Part shown: one piece after another, positions 1 through 6,962 of the stretch
Position numbering within the stretch: position 1 is the stretch's first letter
How the letters are laid out: each line of letters opens with the position of its first letter
Program-made: the position numbers and the translations under genes
Assembly: GCA_945788095.1 (NCBI GenBank)
Contig: CALZKW010000001.1
Coordinates: 1 to 52,191, forward strand
Origin: an uncultured Prevotellaceae bacterium
GTDB lineage: Bacteria; Bacteroidota; Bacteroidia; Bacteroidales; Bacteroidaceae
DNA: 52,191 nucleotides
Direction: 5' to 3'
Notes under the pieces: model-generated
Told to the model about the DNA's origin: nothing
What the model saw: the letters and a program-made list of their open reading frames with translations, nothing else
Databases searched by the model: none

Positions 1-94
1 AGGGCTCACTCGGGACTTACACCCGTTAGACAATGCTCATGCCGAGCGTACCAAACAAGGACGCCACAATCGCAGTGTGGTGCCCTTAGTCGTT

Positions 95-997
95 TTAGGC
101 TTCTTTTGCAGTATGCACAGTAAGCTGGGGGAAGGGGAATCCGATACCCTGGCGGTTGAACTCGTTGTAGATACGCTCAGTGAGTTCGAAATACACGTTC
201 CAGTAGTCGGCCGATGAGGTCCACACGCGCAGCTGCACGTCCACCGAACTGGCTGAGAGGGACGACAACAGGATGGCATGGGCGGGGTCCTTGAGGATGC
301 GGGCATCCTGAGCGATGAGGTCTGCCAACACACGACGCACCTTGTCGATGTCCTCGCCATACTCCACGCCCACGGTGATGTCCACACGGCGGGTCTCATT
401 GTGGCTATAGTTCACCACGTTGCCACTGCTCAGGGCACCATTGGGGATGAAGACATCCTTGTTGTCTACGGTGGTGATGACGGTGTGGAAGATCTGGATT
501 TCCTTCACCGAGCCCGCCATGCCCTGGGCCTCGATGTAGTCGCCCACCTTGAAGGGCTTGAAGAGCAACAGCAGCAAGCCACCTGCCAGATTCTGCAGGT
601 TGCCGCTCAGGGCCATGCCGACAGCCACACCAGCCGAGGCAATGAGGGCTGCAAACGAGGTGGTATCCACACCCAGAGCGCTCACAACGGTGATGACGAG
701 CATCACGGTCAGCACGATATTGACGAAACTCTGCAGGAACGACTTGATGCCCTGGTCGATGTTGCGGCGCTCCATCATGCGTGCCACTACGCGGTTGATG
801 CCCTTGATGACATAGCGACCCACGAAGAAGATAGCCAGGGCGAGCAGGATGCTCTTGCTGACACCAACGCCCCACTTGATGCCTTCCTGCATCAGTTCGC
901 TCAGCTGCTCTGCACCATTGCCCTGAGCCACGTTTGTCACAATCTCAGTGGCCTTGTTGGCCACCTCTTCTGCTTGTACTTGTAGTAAGTTGATCAT
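95..997 (-). CDS. mscS: MscS-family small-conductance mechanosensitive channel
   Basis: 300-aa ORF. Hydrophobic TM helices are followed by the MscS beta-domain region (LFKPFKVGDYIE...GSVKEIQIFHTVITTVDNKDVFIPN). Confidence 0.9.
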   Translation of the reverse strand: MINLLQVQAEEVANKATEIVTNVAQGNGAEQLSELMQEGIKWGVGVSKSILLALAIFFVGRYVIKGINRVVARMMERRNIDQGIKSFLQSFVNIVLTVMLVITVVSALGVDTTSFAALIASAGVAVGMALSGNLQNLAGGLLLLLFKPFKVGDYIEAQGMAGSVKEIQIFHTVITTVDNKDVFIPNGALSSGNVVNYSHNETRRVDITVGVEYGEDIDKVRRVLADLIAQDARILKDPAHAILLSSLSASSVDVQLRVWTSSADYWNVYFELTERIYNEFNRQGIGFPFPQLTVHTAKEA

Positions 998-1035
998 AGC
1001 GTATTGCTTTAGGTTTTAGGTTGTTGGTTTTTAGG

Positions 1036-1086
1036 TTTAACAACGGAACAAACAGAAATAACTATTCCGTTCTTTCTGTTGTTAAA
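1036..1086 (-). terminator. Long imperfect hairpin of the AACAACGGAACAAACAGAA family, between GH43 and mscS
   Basis: TTTAACAACGGAACAAACAGAAA / TTCCGTTCTTTCTGTTGTTAAA. Pairing is better on the minus-strand RNA, where the non-canonical pairs are G-U rather than A-C. Confidence 0.45.
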
Positions 1087-1107
1087 TAAAGACCTATAAC
1101 TTCTCCA

Positions 1108-3990
1108 TTACTTCTTTATTACTTTGTTTCCATTAATGATATACACGCCCTTGCCCAGTCTCTGCCCTTCTGCATAGCGGCGGCCCGAGAGGTCGTAGAT
1201 GCCCTGGGGCACGATGCTGGGTGCTGTCACGCCATCGATGGCCGACCCACCCTCTCCACGAGAGAAGTCGCACACACGATTGCTCATCGTATTGAGGGCA
1301 CGCACATCGGTGGATGTCAGTTCGCGGCGGTATATGATGAGGTCGTCCACGCAGCAGTCAGCGCTGCCCCAGAAGGAGCCGAGTCCGAGATAGAAGTATC
1401 TGTAGGCAGTGAGCTGCTCCAGCAGTCTCTCCCACTCCACCGTCTTCGCCGTCGTTGCCCCCGATGCCGAGGCCACCGCATGAGCGGCCTTCTTCACGCC
1501 GTTGACATAGAGTGCCACACCATTTGTAGGGCCCACGGTGAGCGTCACCAGGGCCCACTTGCCCACGGGGATGTCTGTGTAGGTGCCGTTGTTGGGGTGA
1601 TTGATGTCAAACCACTTTCCGGCATTGTCATTGTAGCCCATGTAGGCATTGCCGGTGAGGTAGAAGCGTGAGCCCTGGGCTGCTGCCGATGTGGCATTGA
1701 AGAATCCCCACACAGCATCCCACACATTGTCATCCGTACGCTTCACCCACATCGAGACGGTCATGCCGTCGAGGTCTGTGATGCCCTTCAGGGGGTTGGG
1801 CATGCGGGTGTATGAATTGCTGCCCTGTGCTCCGAAGTTTTGGTGGAGCACCTTGCCGAATCGGCTATAGTCATCCTGCAGAGCGGGTTTGGTGCCTGTA
1901 GTGCCAAAGGTGGTCTTCTGCTCCCCGTCGTAGGCATTCTGACAGGGAGCCTCATCAAAATCATAGTAGGCCACGATGCCCGAGAGGTAGTCGCCGGCGG
2001 GGATGATTTCCTTCTGAGCCTTCACGTTGTAGGTCTGTTCCCAATAGTAGTCTCCCGAGGTGAGTCGTGCTGTGAGGGTGACAGGTTCGGCAGCGGTGAG
2101 ACCAGCGGGGTTATACTTGCCCGTCTCGCTGATGATGTCGGGGCGCGAGGAGGTCCACGTCAGCGTCGTGTTCTCCTCGGTAGGAAACATCAGGTTGATA
2201 TTGCTGCTGTATGTGTTGCCGTTCTTCACGGCTATCTCGTTGCTCTTGTAGTTGTAGGCCACGGCATAGGGGGCCTGCAGTTTGTATCCCCACACGCTCA
2301 CACCCGCCGTGCTCTGAGCTGTCAGGGCTATGGCTCCGAGCGAGGTGCGCTCCAGTCCCCTCTCAGTGGTGCCGCTCACGTGCTGCTCGCACCACACGCC
2401 ATAGTAGGTCGTCGCTCCCAGGCGTAGCGTCACGTATGCCGTGCCGTCCTTGGTGGTCCAGCTGCCGGTGTAGGCTCCCGTCACTCGTCCGTCCTCGGTG
2501 AGCGTCACCTCCACGGGAGTGCTCTCCTCAAAGTTGGCATGGTCCTGGCGATAGGGATGGAGCAGCAGGTGGTAGGTGCCCACTAACTGTTCGGTGGTCC
2601 AGGGGCATCCCTGTGCGATGTCAGCATCGGTCTGTGTCTCCCCGGCATAGGCAAAGGGAGCTGCCACGGGCCATCCCTTCTCGTTGAGGAAGAGTTGGTG
2701 TACGCGCACCTGATGCCATGCCGTGCCATTGTTCATCTTCGTGTGGTACACCACGAATGTGCGCCCCGCATTGTCCGTGCAGGCCGAGTTGTGACCCTGT
2801 GCACACACACCCACGGTCTGGTTGCCCCAGTGGTTGTAGGCACCCATCAGTTTCATGCCCGCATTGCTGCGCGAGTTGGGGCCGTAGTTGAGCACGTAGC
2901 TGGTGTATGTCGCTGCCGTGCCGCTGCCGTCTGTGTAGGGGCCCTCAGGCTTTTCGCTGCGGAAGACGCGCATCTCGTAGCCCCCATCGGGCGAGTAGAA
3001 CCCATCGCTCATGAAGAGGTAGTAGTGGTCTCCGATGTGCTGTATGTACGAACCCTCGCCGCTGACGTAGCATCCTCCGGCTATCTTACGTCCATAGTAG
3101 GGGTCGCTCACGCCGGCCATGCCCTTGGCGGCATAGTCGCTGGGGTAGGTGTAGGTATAGTCGCGCAGACCGGTCTGCTTGTCGAGCTTGAGCATGAAGA
3201 TACCGCCGCTCCACGATCCGTAGGCCATCCATAGTTCGCCCTCTTCGTCGTAGAACACGCAGGGGTCTATGCAGTTGGGCCAGTAGTTGCCCGTGTCCGT
3301 TCTTTTGTAGCGTGCAGGCATGGTGGTCTCGCCTGTGGCTATCTCATAGTCGGTGTCGGCTATCGTTGGTGCAGCCACGCCGTCGTAGGTCTGTCCGTTG
3401 AATCCTCCCATCACCACGGGGCCCTGGTAGGTGAATGGCCCTGTGGGCTGATTAGCGGTGAGCAGCACGATGATGCTGGCCCAGTGGTCACCGTTGAGGC
3501 TGATGTACATGCACCACTTCTGCATCTCTTTATTATAGATAATGTCGGGGGCCCACATATTGCCGTCCACCCACGCCTCGCGGTCTGCGGCATAACGGTT
3601 GGCATAGGCCTCGGCATCGATGTTGGGCATCGTCACCTCCTCGCCGCGGCAGTTCTTCACGCGCACCACCTGCTGCTTGTTGAAGGCCTCGCGATGGTTG
3701 CATGCCGTGCCTTGGCTGTCGCCCTGGGCCATCAGTTTCACAAAGGTGCTGCTACCCGCGCTCAGGGGGGTCCACGTCTGCAGGTCGCGGCTCTGTGCCA
3801 CGCCCAGGTGTGAGCCCCACACCGTGTACATGCCTCCACGCAGCACCACCGAGGGGTCGTGTATGCTCACCCCCGATGCCATTTGTGTGGTGTATAGATT
3901 GTTGATGTCGCTCAGCGACAGCTGTGTCTGTGCCTCTGTGGCGAGGCCCCATGCCGCAAAGGCCAGGATAGTTAGTATTGGTCGTTTCAT
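1108..3990 (-). CDS. Secreted GH43 glycoside hydrolase (arabinanase-like) with LamG-like domain and T9SS C-terminal sorting domain
   Basis: I chose the start at MKRPILTILAFAAWGLATEAQ (signal peptide; cat at 3988-3990) rather than the ORF-track start at 4281. GH43-type IHDPSVV motif. LamG/concanavalin-like region (MTVSMWVKRTDDNVWDAVWGFFN). C-terminal GIYDLSGRR...GVYIINGNKVIKK is typical of a T9SS CTD. Confidence 0.85.
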   Translation of the reverse strand: MKRPILTILAFAAWGLATEAQTQLSLSDINNLYTTQMASGVSIHDPSVVLRGGMYTVWGSHLGVAQSRDLQTWTPLSAGSSTFVKLMAQGDSQGTACNHREAFNKQQVVRVKNCRGEEVTMPNIDAEAYANRYAADREAWVDGNMWAPDIIYNKEMQKWCMYISLNGDHWASIIVLLTANQPTGPFTYQGPVVMGGFNGQTYDGVAAPTIADTDYEIATGETTMPARYKRTDTGNYWPNCIDPCVFYDEEGELWMAYGSWSGGIFMLKLDKQTGLRDYTYTYPSDYAAKGMAGVSDPYYGRKIAGGCYVSGEGSYIQHIGDHYYLFMSDGFYSPDGGYEMRVFRSEKPEGPYTDGSGTAATYTSYVLNYGPNSRSNAGMKLMGAYNHWGNQTVGVCAQGHNSACTDNAGRTFVVYHTKMNNGTAWHQVRVHQLFLNEKGWPVAAPFAYAGETQTDADIAQGCPWTTEQLVGTYHLLLHPYRQDHANFEESTPVEVTLTEDGRVTGAYTGSWTTKDGTAYVTLRLGATTYYGVWCEQHVSGTTERGLERTSLGAIALTAQSTAGVSVWGYKLQAPYAVAYNYKSNEIAVKNGNTYSSNINLMFPTEENTTLTWTSSRPDIISETGKYNPAGLTAAEPVTLTARLTSGDYYWEQTYNVKAQKEIIPAGDYLSGIVAYYDFDEAPCQNAYDGEQKTTFGTTGTKPALQDDYSRFGKVLHQNFGAQGSNSYTRMPNPLKGITDLDGMTVSMWVKRTDDNVWDAVWGFFNATSAAAQGSRFYLTGNAYMGYNDNAGKWFDINHPNNGTYTDIPVGKWALVTLTVGPTNGVALYVNGVKKAAHAVASASGATTAKTVEWERLLEQLTAYRYFYLGLGSFWGSADCCVDDLIIYRRELTSTDVRALNTMSNRVCDFSRGEGGSAIDGVTAPSIVPQGIYDLSGRRYAEGQRLGKGVYIINGNKVIKK

Positions 3991-4126
3991 CGTATTTTGA
4001 ATTGTGAGATTTTTAGAATATAGGGGGAACAGCCATGCTTTCAGCACCGGTTGTGTGCTGAAGTATGCTATAAGTTTCTTAATGAGTGCTTCCCGGTCCA
4101 TATAATTTACATCTTGTTTCGTGCTG

Positions 4127-4134
4127 CAAATATA
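4127..4134 (-). promoter_or_regulatory. Candidate Bacteroidota -7 box (TATATTTG) for the GH43 gene
   Basis: The reverse complement of caaatata matches TAnnTTTG, about 136 nt upstream of the ATG at 3990. Confidence 0.4.
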
Positions 4135-4266
4135 GATAAAAGTCATTGTATCGGCAACCGAACAAGAAAAAACATTTGAGGTTTTGAGATTGTAGGAGGT
4201 GAACGACCATAGTCGATTGGGGGGTAGGGAGAATTCACATAGCACGCCCTGAAGGAGCGTGTTGCA

Positions 4267-4407
4267 GGGAGGAATGCCCAATCCTATCCAGGAGGAATGC
4301 CCAATCCTATCCGGGAGGAATGCCCAATCCTATCCGGGAGGAATGCCCAATCCTATCAGGGAGGAATGCCCAATCCTATCAGGGAGGAATGCCCAATCCT
4401 ATCCAGG
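4267..4407. repeat. Tandem repeat, 6 units of 23 bp (GGGAGGAATGCCCAATCCTATCC)
   Basis: AATGCCC recurs at 4273, 4296, 4319, 4342, 4365 and 4388, exactly 23 bp apart. Only the junction triplet varies (cca/ccg/cag). The array lies in the divergent GH43/GH29 intergenic region. Confidence 0.95.
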
Positions 4408-4585
4408 AGATTTCGAGTGATAGAATAAGATTTATCTGTCGGATGAACCTAAATGTCAATCCGAAGGATCTCCGTAGAATCAGGGGAGAGGAAAATAGTT
4501 TACTTTCTGAGGAGAGGGGACCTGTTCTCCCCCACCCTATGGATGAAGAAGCAGGGGAAATGTTGGCGGGATGGATTTTTTGGTT

Positions 4586-4593
4586 TACCTTTG
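4586..4593 (+). promoter_or_regulatory. Candidate -7 box (TACCTTTG) for the fucosidase gene
   Basis: Matches TAnnTTTG, 27 nt upstream of the ATG at 4621. Confidence 0.45.
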
Positions 4594-4620
4594 CACCACC
4601 ACACTATATATTGTAATAGC

Positions 4621-5919
4621 ATGAAAAGACTAATCCTATCCGTTGCTGCCATGCTTATGATGGGTGGCAGCATGGCACAAGAGACTTATACCCCCTCGGT
4701 GGAGAATGTGGCTTCGCGACAGGAGTTTGCTGATGCCAAACTGGGCATCTTCATCCACTGGGGCATCTACAGCATGTTTGCCCAGGGGGAGTGGTATCTG
4801 CAGAATGCCGACATCGACCGCGAGGAGTATGCCAAGGCAGCTGATGCCTTCTATCCCCACCGATTCTCGGCACACCAGTGGGTGAAGGCCATCAAGGAGG
4901 CAGGGGCCAAGTATATCTGCATCACCACGCGCCACCACGACGGATTCTCGATGTGGGACACCCGCGAGAGCGACTACAACATCGTCAGGGCGACCCCCTT
5001 CGGGCGCGACGTGATCAAGGAACTGGCCGAGGAATGCCAGCGCCAGGGACTGCGCCTACACCTCTACTACTCGCACATCGACTGGACACGCGACGACTAC
5101 CCCATGGGGCGCACGGGTCTGCACACGGGCAAGGACCCCAAGAAGGCCGACTGGCCTCATTACTATGAGTTTATGAACCACCAGCTGACCGAACTCCTGA
5201 CGGGCTACGGGCCCGTGGGCGCTATCTGGTTTGACGGCTACTGGGACCGCGACCAGGACCCCACCCCATTCGACTGGCAGCTCGATGAGCAGTATGCCCT
5301 CATACACCGTCTGCAGCCTGGTTGCCTCGTGGGCAACAACCACCACACGACGGTGCACCCGGGCGAGGACATACAGATATTCGAGCGCGACGTGCCGGGC
5401 GAGAACAAGGCAGGACTGTCGGGACAGGCCATCAGCCGACTGCCCTTAGAGACCTGTCAGACGATGAACGGCATGTGGGGCTACAAGGTGACGGACCAGA
5501 ACTATAAGTCGGTGGACGACCTGATACGTCTGCTGGTGACGACCAGCGGCAAGGGGGCCAACCTGCTGCTCAATATCGGTCCGCAACCTAACGGCCAACT
5601 GCCTGCTATGGCCATCGACCGCCTCAAGGGCATCGGCGAGTGGACATCGCGCTATGGGGAGACCATCTACGGCACCACCGCCGGCGCCATCGATCCCCAG
5701 GAGTGGGGCGTGACAACACGCAAGGGCAACACCACCTATGTGCACGTCCTGCAACAGGGACTCACCTCCGTGACCATCCCCGCCAATGCGCTGAAGGTCA
5801 AGAAGGCCACGGCCTATGACAGCAACGACCCCGTCAAGGTGAGCAAGGGCAAGGGCACCATCACCCTGTCATGGCAGAAACCCACAGAGCAGGTGGACTT
5901 TATCATCAGGATCAACTGA
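4621..5919 (+). CDS. GH29 alpha-L-fucosidase
   Basis: Start taken at MKRLILSVAAMLMMGGSMAQE (signal peptide). GH29 hallmarks are present: FGIFIHWGIYS, ITTRHHDGFSMWDT, WFDGYW. Confidence 0.9.
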   Translation: MKRLILSVAAMLMMGGSMAQETYTPSVENVASRQEFADAKLGIFIHWGIYSMFAQGEWYLQNADIDREEYAKAADAFYPHRFSAHQWVKAIKEAGAKYICITTRHHDGFSMWDTRESDYNIVRATPFGRDVIKELAEECQRQGLRLHLYYSHIDWTRDDYPMGRTGLHTGKDPKKADWPHYYEFMNHQLTELLTGYGPVGAIWFDGYWDRDQDPTPFDWQLDEQYALIHRLQPGCLVGNNHHTTVHPGEDIQIFERDVPGENKAGLSGQAISRLPLETCQTMNGMWGYKVTDQNYKSVDDLIRLLVTTSGKGANLLLNIGPQPNGQLPAMAIDRLKGIGEWTSRYGETIYGTTAGAIDPQEWGVTTRKGNTTYVHVLQQGLTSVTIPANALKVKKATAYDSNDPVKVSKGKGTITLSWQKPTEQVDFIIRIN

Positions 5920-5925
5920 AGGAAT

Positions 5926-5986
5926 AAGACCAATTAGACCAATTAGGCCAATTAGGCTAATTAGACCAATCATACCAATTACGATT
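5926..5986 (+). repeat. 9-bp tandem array (TAGNCCAAT), about 6.5 units, filling the GH29-cutC spacer
   Basis: Reads AAGACCAAT TAGACCAAT TAGGCCAAT TAGGCTAAT TAGACCAAT CATACCAAT TACGATT, followed directly by the ATG at 5987. Confidence 0.95.
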
Positions 5987-6754
5987 ATGACTACACTCGA
6001 GATTTGTTGCGGCTCTCTGCAGAGCGTCAGAGCCGCCCACGAAGGTGGCGCCCAGCGCGTGGAGCTCTGCAGCGGCCTGAGCGAAGGTGGTGTGACACCC
6101 AGTCTGGGACTCCTGGTGGAGGCCCAGGCTATCGGCCTGCCCGTGCATGTGCTGATACGTCCGCGTGGGGGCGACTTTGTGTATTCACCCAGCGAGGTGA
6201 GAGCGATGTATACCGACATCATCATAGCCCGTCTGTATGGTGCCTCGGGCGTGGTGATAGGTGCACTCACCACGGATGGGGACGTCGATATGGAGGTATG
6301 CGAACAGTTGGTGGCGGCGACCAAGGCGCCGCTGGAGGACAACACGGGACTGCTGCGCCCTGAGTGCTCCATCACCTTCCACCGCGCCTTCGACCTCTGT
6401 CGCGATCCTCACAAGGCGCTGGCCGATATTAAGCAACTGGGCATCAACAGAGTGCTCACCTCGGGCCAGGCACAGACGGCGGAGAAGGGCATCGCCCTGC
6501 TGCGTCAACTGGTGGAGGAGGCCGGAGAGGACCTGAGCATCATGCCGGGCTGTGGCGTCAGCATCGACAATGTGCGCCGCATCATCGACGAGACAGGGGC
6601 CCACGAGATACACGCCTCGCTGCGCTCCCCCATCGAGAGCAACATGCTCTACCACAAGGAGGGTGTCAGCATGGGCACCCCCGGCAGCAACGAGTATGTG
6701 TGGCCCGAGACAGATCCGGAACTGGTGGAGAGAGCGGTTCGTCTTTTTATTTAA
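5987..6754 (+). CDS. cutC: Copper homeostasis protein CutC family
   Basis: 255 aa. N-terminus LEICCGSLQSVRAAHEGGAQRVELCSGLSEGGVTPS, plus FHRAFD and RVLTSG motifs typical of CutC. Confidence 0.9.
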   Translation: MTTLEICCGSLQSVRAAHEGGAQRVELCSGLSEGGVTPSLGLLVEAQAIGLPVHVLIRPRGGDFVYSPSEVRAMYTDIIIARLYGASGVVIGALTTDGDVDMEVCEQLVAATKAPLEDNTGLLRPECSITFHRAFDLCRDPHKALADIKQLGINRVLTSGQAQTAEKGIALLRQLVEEAGEDLSIMPGCGVSIDNVRRIIDETGAHEIHASLRSPIESNMLYHKEGVSMGTPGSNEYVWPETDPELVERAVRLFI

Positions 6755-6818
6755 CAACAACAAAAATCTTCCGTTCCTTCCGTTGTTAATCAAGCCCCCC
6801 CAGGAGGATGCTTTTTGT

Positions 6819-6848
6819 AAGCAAATACGGCTGTTATTTGCTTTTTTT
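6819..6848 (+). terminator. Intrinsic terminator downstream of cutC
   Basis: Stem AAGCAAATA / TATTTGCTT with loop cggctgt, followed by a T-run. Confidence 0.7.
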
Positions 6849-6902
6849 GCCTTATTCTTATGTATTAGGAGCGAAAAGGAGGGGCTTTTGATTAATAAGT
6901 TG

Positions 6903-6910
6903 TATATTTG
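6903..6910 (+). promoter_or_regulatory. Candidate -7 box (TATATTTG)
   Basis: Matches TAnnTTTG, 52 nt upstream of the ATG at 6963. Confidence 0.45.
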
Positions 6911-6962
6911 CGCACACTATACTATATAAACAACCTAATTTATTAACTAAAATCAAACTATC

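Noticed and set aside
1-94. A partial gene or RNA at the left edge of the window, including ORF 37..399(-)
   Set aside because: The ORF overlaps mscS in another frame and shows no recognisable features. The 94-nt edge is too short to interpret.
3991-4281. N-terminal extensions of ORF-track calls (1108..4281, 4453..5919, 25089..27287, 29673..31259, 37779..39653, 43157..44677, 46299..47420, 50219..50704, 50778..51791)
   Set aside because: In each case an internal Met begins a canonical signal peptide or the family-typical N-terminus. The upstream part runs through promoter or repeat sequence, or through the preceding gene.
5869-6375. Peptides with GLIGLIGLI repeats (5869..6375(-), 13181..14791(+), 21615..22373(+), 24470..25168(+))
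   Set aside because: These arise from translating the 9-bp arrays (ATTGGGCTA gives I-G-L) on the strand antisense to real genes. They are not coding.
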